Assembly (NCBI GenBank): GCA_963839015.1
Contig: CAWITL010000010.1
Span: 501,466 to 565,465 of the forward strand
Direction: 5' to 3'
Length of the DNA stretch: 64,000 nucleotides
Source of the DNA: an uncultured Actinomycetota bacterium
GTDB lineage: Bacteria; Actinomycetota; Actinomycetes; Frankiales; Frankiaceae
Every line of letters begins with the position of its first letter. The first letter of the stretch is position 1. Under the pieces are notes generated by a model, which saw only the letters and a program-made list of their open reading frames with translations, did no database searches and was not told where the DNA came from. Shown here piece after piece: positions 9,356-18,205 of the stretch. A program made the translations under genes and the position numbers.

Positions 9356-9781
9356 ATGAGTATTCGAGACAGAGGTCGCCGAAAGGTGGCTGGCGTGACC
9401 GCCGGCCTGGCGGCGCTTGCGACAGTCAGCGCGGGCGGGGTCGGCCTGCTGGCGAGGAACGAGACCGTCACCAAACGCAGCGCGGCGGCCGAAACCGCCA
9501 CCTCGACCACGACTTCGACCACTGGGACCACTGGGACCACTGGGACCACTGGGACGGCGACGCCTACCCCGACCGCCAGCGCCACTCCCACCTCCAGCTC
9601 GACTTCGAGCACGACGACAGCCGGCGGCGGCCAGGCAGCAACGGCGACGCAACCCTCGACTGCCACGACCTCAAGCGCTGCCAGCTCAACGACGACCACG
9701 ACCCCGACCCCGACCCCGACCCCGACCGCGTCCAGCCAGGCCGCCACCACGGCACCGGCCGCGACTTCCGGCGGATCATGA
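9356..9781 (+). CDS. Thr/Ser/Pro/Ala-rich low-complexity (mucin-like) exported or membrane-anchored protein
   Basis: From the ATG at 9356 the protein reads MSIRDRGRRKVAGVTAGLAALATVSAGG (basic n-region plus hydrophobic segment). About 100 residues follow that are almost only T, S, A, P and G. There is no recognisable folded domain. Confidence 0.5.
   Translation: MSIRDRGRRKVAGVTAGLAALATVSAGGVGLLARNETVTKRSAAAETATSTTTSTTGTTGTTGTTGTATPTPTASATPTSSSTSSTTTAGGGQAATATQPSTATTSSAASSTTTTTPTPTPTPTASSQAATTAPAATSGGS
9521..9555. repeat. 9-bp tandem repeat ACTGGGACC, about 3.9 copies, in frame (TGT repeats)
   Basis: Read directly: actgggacc actgggacc actgggacc actgggac. It lies inside the Thr-rich CDS. Confidence 0.9.
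9702..9725. repeat. 6-bp tandem repeat CCCCGA x4, in frame (PT repeats)
   Basis: Read directly: ccccga ccccga ccccga ccccga. It encodes TPTPTPTP inside the Thr-rich CDS. Confidence 0.9.
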
Positions 9782-9969
9782 CAATTCGCCCGGGGGTATT
9801 TCGCCTGAATCTTCGTAAATCCTGACATGTGCCCGGCGTGTCAACTGCCCTCCACGGCGTGGCCTACGTTTTCCTTAAAGGACTTCAGCGTTCTGACCTG
9901 TGCGCAATGAGGCCTGCTGAATGGATTTCTCGGCTCGTGTGGAGTATTGCGTTCAGGTTTTTTTAAGAT

Positions 9970-10998
9970 TTGGGGGGAATGGTGTCGGCACATGTCCTCC
10001 GCTCGGCGCCGGGACGATGGACTGACACGTCGCGGGAGGTGTTGATGCGCTCCGGACTCGGACGGCGGCGCGAAGGTTCACACGAGCCTCAGACACCACT
10101 TGACGTGTACATGGTCGGCACCGCGTATTCCGGCACGACGCACCTCGGCGGATTGCTCACCGCCAATTTCGGTGCCTTCTACGCGGGCGAGCTGGGCCGA
10201 CTCCCCCAATATGTTCAGCAGTACGGGCTGTTCTCCGATGCGGTCGGCTGCCTCCAGTGCGCCAGCCTTGACCAGCCCTGCCCGGTCTGGACCGAATCAC
10301 TGATGGAGGCAGTCGGCGGCGCCTCACCCGCTACGGCCATGCATGAATTGCGCGCCCGCACCGACGCGCAGGTGATCATTGACGGCTCCAAACTGCCCGC
10401 TTGGCTTCAAACCAGCCTCCACGGGCGCGACACCAATGAGCCGAGAATTGTCGTTCTGCTGACCGTGCGCTCGCCTTTGTCTTATGCCATGTCGGCCATT
10501 GGCGCCACCGGACAGCCGCTCTGGCTCGCGTTAAGAGAATGGCGCGACATTTATGTCGATGCGATCCGCACCGCGACCCGTACCCAACTCCCCCTCTTTG
10601 TCGTCCGCAACGAGGAGATCCGCAAGGATCCCGGCACTGTCCTGGACCGGCTCGCACCTTTGCTTGGCTGGCCGGAGAGAGTCCGCGAGGTAGCGCCTGC
10701 CGCCCGAACCCACAGCATCGGCGGTAACGCGTTCGTGCAAGCCGGATTCGGTGCCGCCGGCCACGCCGCCCTGTCGAAATCCGGCTTGCACCGCGATGAA
10801 GAGTCGTGGGACCCACAAGCCTTCGAGGACGCCGAACGCGTCGCTTCGGTCGGCTCTCTCCAGCATCCCGCCGATGTGGTGACGGCCAGAGCGTGGGCAC
10901 AGGCCGCCATCGATTGCCCCGGCCTGGTCGAGACGGCTCAGACGCTCGGCTATGAGATGCAGCTCGAATTCGAGCACGTGGTGGCAGCGGTCCGGTAG
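9970..10998 (+). CDS. sulfotransferase-fold family protein (putative)
   Basis: VYMVGTAYSGTTHLGGLL resembles the 5'-phosphosulfate-binding loop. VVLLTVRSPLSYAMS resembles the 3'-phosphate-binding strand-helix. VRNEEIRKDPGTVLDRLAPLLGW resembles the usual C-terminal Y/E-E-L-x-x-D-P...FLG block. The start is uncertain: TTG 9970, ATG 9979, or GTG/ATG at 10105/10111 just before the P-loop. Confidence 0.5.
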   Translation: MGGMVSAHVLRSAPGRWTDTSREVLMRSGLGRRREGSHEPQTPLDVYMVGTAYSGTTHLGGLLTANFGAFYAGELGRLPQYVQQYGLFSDAVGCLQCASLDQPCPVWTESLMEAVGGASPATAMHELRARTDAQVIIDGSKLPAWLQTSLHGRDTNEPRIVVLLTVRSPLSYAMSAIGATGQPLWLALREWRDIYVDAIRTATRTQLPLFVVRNEEIRKDPGTVLDRLAPLLGWPERVREVAPAARTHSIGGNAFVQAGFGAAGHAALSKSGLHRDEESWDPQAFEDAERVASVGSLQHPADVVTARAWAQAAIDCPGLVETAQTLGYEMQLEFEHVVAAVR

Positions 10999-11045
10999 CC
11001 AGTATTCAGCCAGCACACAGATAAATCACAACCTGGCCGGTCACC

Positions 11046-11474
11046 ATGGATCCAGCGGGCTTGACCCGCAAGATCCTCGAGGAGCCGGCCATGGCGCACA
11101 CACTGACCCCGCGAACGCCCGAGCAGACCGGCGAACGTGCCCGAGCCTCCGAGCGCCAGCTTCAGGTCTGGCTGAATCCCGGATCGGGCACAAGCGTCTC
11201 CGAGCTCGCTGAGCAGTTGCGCAAGGCCGTCCGCCTCATCGTGGTCCCCAAGACCGGCAGCCGCCGAGCCGATATCGCTGTCCTGACCGACCCGGACCCG
11301 GCCGAGCTCGAGGGGGTTGCCCGGGTGCTTCCCGGGACTCCGCTGCTCGCCACCACGTCCGCACCACCCACATCAGCCTTGGCGGCCGCCGCCCGTCGCG
11401 TCGGCGCGCGACTGCTGACCGGTGCCACCGCGCCGAGGGTGCTTGCGGAGATCCGGGTGATGTGCGCGGGCTGA
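11046..11474 (+). CDS. hypothetical protein (142 aa)
   Basis: ORF with genome-typical codon bias and no confident family match by eye. The segment RLIVV...ADIAVLTDPDPAELEGV...TPLLATT...ARRVGARLLTGA loosely recalls a degenerate receiver-domain layout. This is a weak impression only. Confidence 0.4.
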   Translation: MDPAGLTRKILEEPAMAHTLTPRTPEQTGERARASERQLQVWLNPGSGTSVSELAEQLRKAVRLIVVPKTGSRRADIAVLTDPDPAELEGVARVLPGTPLLATTSAPPTSALAAAARRVGARLLTGATAPRVLAEIRVMCAG

Positions 11475-11569
11475 CCGGCGGCCCAGAGGCCCAGCAGACC
11501 TAGCAGACCCATTAGACGTAGCCTGAACCGCAGCGCCTGACGATTTCGCCGGGGCAGGAGGCGTAAGCC

Positions 11570-11662
11570 ATGATCGGTCTCTACATCGGTTTCTTCACCA
11601 TGATGGCGATCTTGCTCGCGATCATGCTCTACGGCGTCCTCACCGAGGGTCGTAAGCGCTGA
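11570..11662 (+). CDS. candidate small hydrophobic protein (30 aa), not in the supplied ORF track
   Basis: The ORF runs atg..tga and translates to MIGLYIGFFTMMAILLAIMLYGVLTEGRKR. A perfect AGGAGG at 11556-11561 lies 8 nt upstream of the ATG. The product is one transmembrane helix plus a basic tail. Confidence 0.4.
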   Translation: MIGLYIGFFTMMAILLAIMLYGVLTEGRKR

Positions 11663-11675
11663 GCCTGCAGGCCGG

Positions 11676-12128
11676 CTACTGCTGGCCGACCACCCGAAAC
11701 ACCGGGAAGCCGCTGGCAATGGCAGCGATCTCTTCCGTCGAGCTCTTGGCATTGATGCCCGGGAAGAATGCACCGACCTCGAACGCCCAGCGGCGAAGGT
11801 ATTCGCGCAGGATCGGCGGCTTCGCGTCGTCGGCGATTTCCTCGACCCTGAACATCTCGACCCGCCGGCCTACTCGTAGCTCACCGGCGCCCGAGACCCG
11901 GATGTTGCGCACCCACTGGGCGACTCCCCGCGGGGCCACCAGATAGCGCTCACCATCGATAGTGAGCAGATTGACCGGAGTGGTCCGCCACTCACCGCTC
12001 TTGCGTCCCTTAACCCGCAGCTCCCGTGACCCCATCACGCTGATCCCCATCCGGGTCAATCGGCGCACCGCGCGATTGAAGACGTTGCGGGTGAACCAGC
12101 CTGGCTCGAGGTAGCGGTCTTCCGTCAT
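11676..12128 (-). CDS. deazaflavin (F420)-dependent nitroreductase family protein (DDN-like)
   Basis: From the ATG at 12128 the protein reads MTEDRYLEPGWFTRNVFNRAVRRLTRMG...GRKSGEWRTTPVNLL..DGERYLVAPRG..AQWVRN. This is the characteristic layout of the DDN/split-barrel F420H2-dependent reductases. Confidence 0.8.
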   Translation of the reverse strand: MTEDRYLEPGWFTRNVFNRAVRRLTRMGISVMGSRELRVKGRKSGEWRTTPVNLLTIDGERYLVAPRGVAQWVRNIRVSGAGELRVGRRVEMFRVEEIADDAKPPILREYLRRWAFEVGAFFPGINAKSSTEEIAAIASGFPVFRVVGQQ

Positions 12129-12241
12129 ATCGCGTCTCCTGATCTCGTACAAGAGCGGTGCTCTCGCTTCGGTGCCAACCTTGCTCTACACGAGGAGTCT
12201 TGTCAAGAGCGCTGATCTCGTTTGTTGCTATCGCTCTCCAA

Positions 12242-12967
12242 ATGGAGCACACTCCAGCCATGACGACAGCGAGCGCCCCACGCTCCGCCCGCGCCCGGGT
12301 GCGGGCGGAGCTGACCCTAGAGATCAAGACCATCGCCCGCCGACAGTTAGCGGAGTCCGGCGCCGCCGCACTCTCGCTGCGGGCGGTCGCGCGAGAGATG
12401 AACATGGCGTCGTCAGCGCTGTACCGGTATTTCGCCAGCCGCGATGATCTGCTCACGGCTCTGATCGTCGACGCCTATGACGCAGTCGGACAAGCCGCTG
12501 CCGATGCCGAAGCGTCGGCGCGGCGGGCTGATTTCAACGGGCGCTGGGTGGCGACAGCCAGGGCGGTTCGCGGTTGGGCGATCAGTAATCCGCAGGAGTA
12601 TGCCCTGATCTTCGGCAGCCCGGTCCCGGGCTACCGTGCTCCCTCGACCACCATCGACCCGGCAGCGCGCATTCCGCTGCTCCTGATGTCCATCCTGCGC
12701 GACGCCTCGGAAGCTGGACTGGGGCTTGGGCAGCCGGCCGCGGAGCAGCGGATCCCCCGAGCTGTCCGGGCGGATCTGATCTCCCTGAGTCGCGACATCG
12801 CACCGACGCTCACCACCCACCAGTTGGCCCGGGCCATCATGGCCTGGAGCCAGCTGATCGGGATGATCAGCTTTGAGCTGTTCGGCCACCTGAACAACGT
12901 CATTCACGACTACCAGGCCCACTTCGACTTTCAGATGCGCGGCGTGGCCCGCGAGTTGGGCATCTAG
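12242..12967 (+). CDS. TetR/AcrR family transcriptional regulator
   Basis: The HTH region reads LSLRAVAREMNMASSALYRYFASRDDLLTAL. The gene is divergent from the DDN-like gene. The start could be ATG 12242 or ATG 12260. Confidence 0.85.
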   Translation: MEHTPAMTTASAPRSARARVRAELTLEIKTIARRQLAESGAAALSLRAVAREMNMASSALYRYFASRDDLLTALIVDAYDAVGQAAADAEASARRADFNGRWVATARAVRGWAISNPQEYALIFGSPVPGYRAPSTTIDPAARIPLLLMSILRDASEAGLGLGQPAAEQRIPRAVRADLISLSRDIAPTLTTHQLARAIMAWSQLIGMISFELFGHLNNVIHDYQAHFDFQMRGVARELGI

Positions 12968-13004
12968 CGGTGGGCACCCGTCGGGCCGAGCGTGTGAGAC
13001 TGCG

Positions 13005-14207
13005 GTGGTGGATCGGGTGCCGGTGGATGAGTTTCATTGCTTACGGGTCGGACCGGGTTTGCTCGCCGAGGGAGGCGTCGAACGTCCACTGAGCGGGCTG
13101 ACATTCGTCGCCAAAGACATGTTCGATCTGATCGGTCACCGGACCGGAGCCGGCAATCCGACCTGGCTCGACCTGGCCCCGCCGGCCGCTGCATCTGCAG
13201 CGGCTGTCGATCAGGTGCTGTTGGCGGGCGCTACCTGTATCGGCAAGAGCCACACCGACGAATTCGCTTTCGGGCTCTCCGGAATCAACGCCCACTACGG
13301 CACCCCCCGCAACTCCGCCGCGCCGGGCTGCACTCCCGGCGGGTCCTCGAGCGGATCAGCCGCCGCCGTTGCCGGCGGGCTGGTCCCTTTCGGTCTGGGC
13401 ACCGACACCGGTGGGTCCGTCAGAGTTCCTGCCTCCTACTGCGGCATCGTCGGACTTCGGCCGACGCACGGCGCCGTCAGCCTGGCCGGAGTGGTACCGC
13501 TGGCTCCAAGCTTCGACACCGTTGGATGGCTGGCGGACACGGTCGAGACAGCCCGTCGAGTCGGCGACGTGCTGCTGCCACCGGACTCCGGAGCCGCTCC
13601 ACAGCGGCTGGCCTTGCTGGCAGCCGCCCAGTCAGCTGTCTCGTCGCAGGTCGCGGAGCAGGTCGAGCAGGCCGCCGGCGAGCTTTCGAGATGCTCTGGA
13701 TTGCCCGTGACGTCGCTGGCACTGCCGGGAGGCGACATCGACACGTGGCTGGCCACCTTCCGCACCCTCCAGACCCACGAGGCGAATGCCGCGCGCAGAA
13801 CGTGGATCGACGCCCACCCCGGCGCCATTTCGCCGGACGTTCAAGCCCGCTTCGATTCAGGCGCCGCGGTGACGAACGCCGAATTCCAGCAGGCCGGCAA
13901 GACCCGCTCCCGGCTACGCACAGCGCTGATCGCACTTCTTGACGGGCCGCCGACGGCACTGGTAGTGCCGTCGGCCGCCGGTCCTGCCACCCGGCTGGAC
14001 GCCGACCCCGCGAGCCTCGCGGAGATCCGCACCGCGACCCTAAGGCTCACCTGCATCGCCGGGATCGGCGGACTTCCCGGGCTGGGTCTCCCGTTGGCAG
14101 AGATCGGCGGGCTCCCGCTCGGGGTGTGCCTGGTGGGACCTCCCGGCACCGATCGCGCACTCCTGGGCATCGCCGCCACGATTTCACTGGGCAGGAATCG
14201 GACATAG
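13005..14207 (+). CDS. amidase (amidase-signature family)
   Basis: The AS signature GGSSSGSAAAVAGGLVPFGLGTDTGGSVRVPASYCGIVGLRPTHG is present. 400 aa. Confidence 0.85.
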   Translation: MVDRVPVDEFHCLRVGPGLLAEGGVERPLSGLTFVAKDMFDLIGHRTGAGNPTWLDLAPPAAASAAAVDQVLLAGATCIGKSHTDEFAFGLSGINAHYGTPRNSAAPGCTPGGSSSGSAAAVAGGLVPFGLGTDTGGSVRVPASYCGIVGLRPTHGAVSLAGVVPLAPSFDTVGWLADTVETARRVGDVLLPPDSGAAPQRLALLAAAQSAVSSQVAEQVEQAAGELSRCSGLPVTSLALPGGDIDTWLATFRTLQTHEANAARRTWIDAHPGAISPDVQARFDSGAAVTNAEFQQAGKTRSRLRTALIALLDGPPTALVVPSAAGPATRLDADPASLAEIRTATLRLTCIAGIGGLPGLGLPLAEIGGLPLGVCLVGPPGTDRALLGIAATISLGRNRT

Positions 14208-14225
14208 CGTCGGCCCTATCACCTC

Positions 14226-15554
14226 GTGCCCGGAGCAGGACCTGTCGATGACCACACAATGCGGAGCCAAGGGAGGCCAGGCAAGCGCCGGGGGCGTCAC
14301 TTCCTTGTGCTGCGCTTCGCCCTGACCAGCGCGATCCTGTGCGGATTATTCGGTGCCGTGCTGATCAGCTGGCTCACCGGCTTCATCAGGACAACGAATA
14401 TCAGCCACGCCAAAGACACCGCGACGTATTCCGTGCGCCTCGCCGTCGAATCACTCGGTATCAACGGGAAATCGCCGCGGCCCGGGGTCTCTGCCACTCA
14501 GTACGTGGTGATCACGAAGTTCCTGGCATCCGTGGTGGGCACCGGCAAATACATCGGATCGACGGCTTGGAGCCCCCCCAACGTCGTCGCCTACGCAGTT
14601 GAGCCGGGAAGAACCGGACATGTCGAACGAGTCCGCAACGAGGTCAGCGCAGCACTGCACGGTCAGGCGCAGGCTTTGGTTGTCCACTCCGCCGAGGCCG
14701 GCATACCGGACCAGACCGAGCGCGATGGATTACGCACCTCCGGACCGTTGCTGGAACTCGTGGTGCCGGTCTACCTGGGCGGCAAAGTGGCTGCGGCGGT
14801 TGAGTTCTACCAGCCCTGGCAGCCCGTCGAGGCACGCATTGGCGCAGAGACCAATCAGATGCTGCTCTTCGTCGTGGCCGGGCTGGCGGTCTTCTGGCTC
14901 GGGCTGCTGGGCTTCGTGCTGTCGGCCTCGCGGGACCTCAAAGCTCAGGCAAAGGCCAACTGGCAACTCGCCTCGCATGATCCGTTGACCGGTCTACCCA
15001 ACCGCAAGCTGCTTCGCGAGCGCGTGGAGCAGGCGCTACGCTCCCGGGCCCGATCCGGGCACAAGGTCGGGCTGCTGCTCTTTGACCTGGATCGCTTCAA
15101 AGAGGTCAACGACACCTTGGGCCACCACTTCGGCGATCTCCTACTGGAACAAGTCGGACCCCGGCTCAAGGGGCTGCTGCGGGACGGCGACTCGGTCGCT
15201 CGCCTCGGCGGCGATGAGTTCGTCGTGCTGCTGCTTGACCTGGCCGACGCGTCCCAAGCCACGCTGGCCGCCGAGCGCATGAGCGCCGCCTTGCGTGAGC
15301 CGTTCCAACTCGACGACGTCACCGTTGACATGGAGGCAAGCCTCGGTATCGCGATCAGCCCCGAAGACGGCATCGACTTCGAAACGCTGCTACACCATGC
15401 CGACGTCGCGATGTATGCGGCCAAGACATCCGGCGTCGCATTTGCGCACTACACACCCAGCAGCGACCGGGTGGCTATCAACAAACTCGTGCTGCATGGC
15501 CCTTCGGCACAAATCGGGCAGCCCGGCCAACGGGATCCTGCGGTCCGGCTATGA
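14226..15554 (+). CDS. membrane-anchored diguanylate cyclase (GGDEF domain)
   Basis: Two hydrophobic segments flank an extracytoplasmic region of about 170 aa. The GGDEF domain follows (DPLTGLPNR ... RLGGDEFVVLL ... ADVAMYAAK). An alternative ATG start is at 14259. Confidence 0.85.
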   Translation: MPGAGPVDDHTMRSQGRPGKRRGRHFLVLRFALTSAILCGLFGAVLISWLTGFIRTTNISHAKDTATYSVRLAVESLGINGKSPRPGVSATQYVVITKFLASVVGTGKYIGSTAWSPPNVVAYAVEPGRTGHVERVRNEVSAALHGQAQALVVHSAEAGIPDQTERDGLRTSGPLLELVVPVYLGGKVAAAVEFYQPWQPVEARIGAETNQMLLFVVAGLAVFWLGLLGFVLSASRDLKAQAKANWQLASHDPLTGLPNRKLLRERVEQALRSRARSGHKVGLLLFDLDRFKEVNDTLGHHFGDLLLEQVGPRLKGLLRDGDSVARLGGDEFVVLLLDLADASQATLAAERMSAALREPFQLDDVTVDMEASLGIAISPEDGIDFETLLHHADVAMYAAKTSGVAFAHYTPSSDRVAINKLVLHGPSAQIGQPGQRDPAVRL

Positions 15555-17012
15555 CGGCGCGACCGGCCGCAGCTCCGCCGCGTTTCCCCGCGCCCGACTG
15601 CGCCGCGGTGTGCGCGTGGATTCGGCATCCGCGTCGTGAATGGTCAGGGCCAGCAGCGCACCGGTGAACGCCAGACCAGCTGCGACCCCGAACGCGGCGT
15701 GATACGCCGTGAGATCGGGAGCTCCGCCCCGCGCGGAATCGACGCCGACCGCCGCAATGACGGTGGAGAACAACGCGATGCCCACGGCACTGCCCAGCTG
15801 GCGGATGGCGTTGTACAAGGTCGAGGCGCTGCCGGTGCTGGCCCGATCGATCTGGGCCATGCTGGCGGCCTGCGAGGGAATCATGACGTGGGCGACGAAA
15901 TAGCCCATGAGAAACATCAGCGCGCGCATCTCCCAGAGCTGTTCGCGACTGGAGATCGTTGTCAACATCAACATCGTCGCGCCCAGCGCGATGAGTCCGC
16001 CGACCATGATCCGGCGCGGGCCCAGCCACGGGTACAGATAGCGGCTGACCACCTGAGCTCCCGCCATCACACCGAAGGCCTCGGGAAAAGTCGACAATCC
16101 TGAAGCGAGAGCCGACATGCCCAGGCCTTCCTGGAAGAACAGCGCCACGACATACAGGACTCCGAGAAAAGCCGCTGTCAGGACGAAGGTGACGGCTGTC
16201 GCCGATCGGAACAGCCGATTGGCGAACAGCCGCAGGTTCAGCAGCGGTTGCTTGACACGCAGCTGCTGCCACAGGAGCGCTGAGAGGAGGATGGCGCCCG
16301 CCGTAAGGCTGGCGACGATCGCCGGCGATCCCCAACCGCGCTCGGAACCCTCACTCACGCCGTACATCAGAGCGGCAAAGCCGACACCCGAGAGCACGAA
16401 GCCCGTCAGGTCGAAGCGGCCGGGCGCATCGGATTCCTGGTCGGCGAGATAGCGCACACCGAAGACCAGCGCCGCCGCGCCAATCGGCAGGTTGACCAGA
16501 AAGACCCAGCGCCAGGACAGCGCGGTCACCAGCACACCGCCCAGCACGGGCCCGAGCGCCGGCGCGATCGTGGTCGGAATCGTCAGGATGCTGGAAGCGC
16601 GCACGCGCTCGGCCGGCGGGAAGGTACGAAACAGCAGCGCCATGCCGACAGGAGTGAGCATGCCTCCACCGACACCCTGCAAGACCCGGAAGAGCACCAG
16701 CTGCGCCAGGCTCTGAGCGAGGCCGCACAGCGCTGAAGCCACAGTGAAGATGACGATCGCGGTCAGCAGGACCCGCCGATGGCCGAACCGATCGCCAAGC
16801 CAACCCGAAGCCGGAATCACGACGGCAAGCGCCACCAGATAGCTGACGGAAACCGCGCTGATGGCCGTCCCCGTGGCGTTCAGCTCGCGCGCCATGGACG
16901 GCAATGCCACGTTCACGATCGTGATGTCGATGATGTTCATGAACATCGCCGCCACGAAAACGACGCTGACGGCGATCTTCTGGTTGAACCCCGCCTGCCG
17001 GGCAGTGGTCAT
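15549..17012 (-). CDS. MFS transporter, DHA2 (EmrB/QacA, 14-TMS) type
   Basis: 487 aa. The N-terminus VFVAAMFMNIIDITIVNVALPSMAREL and the motif GWLGDRFGHRRVLL are typical of DHA2 drug:H+ antiporters. Confidence 0.85.
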   Translation of the reverse strand: MTTARQAGFNQKIAVSVVFVAAMFMNIIDITIVNVALPSMARELNATGTAISAVSVSYLVALAVVIPASGWLGDRFGHRRVLLTAIVIFTVASALCGLAQSLAQLVLFRVLQGVGGGMLTPVGMALLFRTFPPAERVRASSILTIPTTIAPALGPVLGGVLVTALSWRWVFLVNLPIGAAALVFGVRYLADQESDAPGRFDLTGFVLSGVGFAALMYGVSEGSERGWGSPAIVASLTAGAILLSALLWQQLRVKQPLLNLRLFANRLFRSATAVTFVLTAAFLGVLYVVALFFQEGLGMSALASGLSTFPEAFGVMAGAQVVSRYLYPWLGPRRIMVGGLIALGATMLMLTTISSREQLWEMRALMFLMGYFVAHVMIPSQAASMAQIDRASTGSASTLYNAIRQLGSAVGIALFSTVIAAVGVDSARGGAPDLTAYHAAFGVAAGLAFTGALLALTIHDADAESTRTPRRSRARGNAAELRPVAPS

Positions 17013-17041
17013 GTGTTGGTCAGACGCCGGTCATGCGGGCG

Positions 17042-18172
17042 TCATGCGAAGAGCGAAAGCTGCTGCACCGCCGGCGCCGCCGGTCGCGGATTGAGCCGCG
17101 GAAAGCGCGGGGGCCGCGCGAAAAATCCGGCCGGGGCCTCGGATTCGACCGGCGGCCGTGAGGCGGGAACCGTCGATTTCACGGTGGATGACGACAGCGC
17201 CTGTACCGCTTCGGCAGCCTGATCGGCTTCGTCAGAAGCGTCAGCCAGGATGCGCAGCGCCGAGGGAAGGCTGTAGATCAGCTTCACGCCGTTGTAAGCA
17301 CGGCGAATGTCAGACGGCTCCAACGGAAGGACCCCCACGCCGCCGCAAGACAGCTCCAACCCGAGTTCGACGTCGGTGCGCATGGCCATCACCTGGCAGT
17401 TGAGCGACCACGCGGAGTGGGCCTCAGGGGCGGCGAGCCGGCGGGCGGCGCCTGATCCGATGGCGGCGATCACCCGCGCCCCGCCGGCAGCGAGGTCATC
17501 GAAGGCGGCTTGCGCCGAGCCGAGGGCGGCCAGCAACTTTGCTGCCGTCTTGGGCCCGATGCCCCGCACGCCGGGCAGATTGTCGGAAGGGTCACCGCGA
17601 AGGGCCGCGAAATCCCGGTACTGATACCCGGCAATGCCGAGCAGGGTCGGCAGCCTCTGGGCGGTCAGCAACGGAGACGCTTCCACCCCGCCATTGATGA
17701 TCCGCAACACGCTGGTGTGATCATCGATCAGCGCGAACGAGTCTCGGTCGGACGTCATGATCACCGTCGTGGCACCGGCCGTCTTGGCAAGGGCCGCCGT
17801 CGACGCGAGCACATCATCGGCTTCCAGTCCGGCAGGAATGACGACGGCGACGCCCATCTGTCGCAAGACCTCAGCGGCGAGCGACAGCTGGTCGACCAGA
17901 CACTGGGACTTCTCGCTCCGCTGCTCCTTGTACTGCGGCCACTTCTCGCGACGAACGCTGGCCGTCGCGTCGTCGAAGCCGACGACAACAGCGTCTGCGC
18001 CGACGCGTTCAACCCCTGCCACGATCTGCGTGAGCAAACCGCGAACCGCCCACACGGGCTCCGTCAGGGCCGAAGCGGACGAAGCCGCCGCGTGGTAGGC
18101 GCGGTGAACAAGCGAATTGCCGTCGACCGCCAGCACCACGCGTACGTCTGCCACTCCTGCACTCTGCCCCAT
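17042..18172 (-). CDS. 5'-3' exonuclease / flap endonuclease (Pol I N-terminal domain-like)
   Basis: From the ATG at 18172 the protein has VLAVDGNSLVHRAYHA, an acidic cluster (EADDVLAS), and H3TH-like DNLPGVRGIGPKTAAKLL. A Pro/Ala-rich C-terminal tail follows. Confidence 0.8.
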   Translation of the reverse strand: MGQSAGVADVRVVLAVDGNSLVHRAYHAAASSASALTEPVWAVRGLLTQIVAGVERVGADAVVVGFDDATASVRREKWPQYKEQRSEKSQCLVDQLSLAAEVLRQMGVAVVIPAGLEADDVLASTAALAKTAGATTVIMTSDRDSFALIDDHTSVLRIINGGVEASPLLTAQRLPTLLGIAGYQYRDFAALRGDPSDNLPGVRGIGPKTAAKLLAALGSAQAAFDDLAAGGARVIAAIGSGAARRLAAPEAHSAWSLNCQVMAMRTDVELGLELSCGGVGVLPLEPSDIRRAYNGVKLIYSLPSALRILADASDEADQAAEAVQALSSSTVKSTVPASRPPVESEAPAGFFARPPRFPRLNPRPAAPAVQQLSLFA

Positions 18173-18205
18173 GGCCGGGCCGGTTGGCCTCTCCTGCTCG
18201 GCGCG

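Noticed and set aside
9082-9828. Several overlapping ORFs in all frames across the Thr-rich region
   Set aside because: The low-complexity repeat DNA keeps every frame open. Only the frame starting at ATG 9356 has a plausible signal or anchor sequence. The other frames give poly-Arg/Pro or poly-Val/Gly products.
9782-11675. Mobile element or genomic island boundaries
   Set aside because: There is a compositional dip and there are orphan ORFs. However, I could find no integrase or transposase gene, no flanking direct or inverted repeats, and no adjacent tRNA. It is reported only as a possible islet in the findings.
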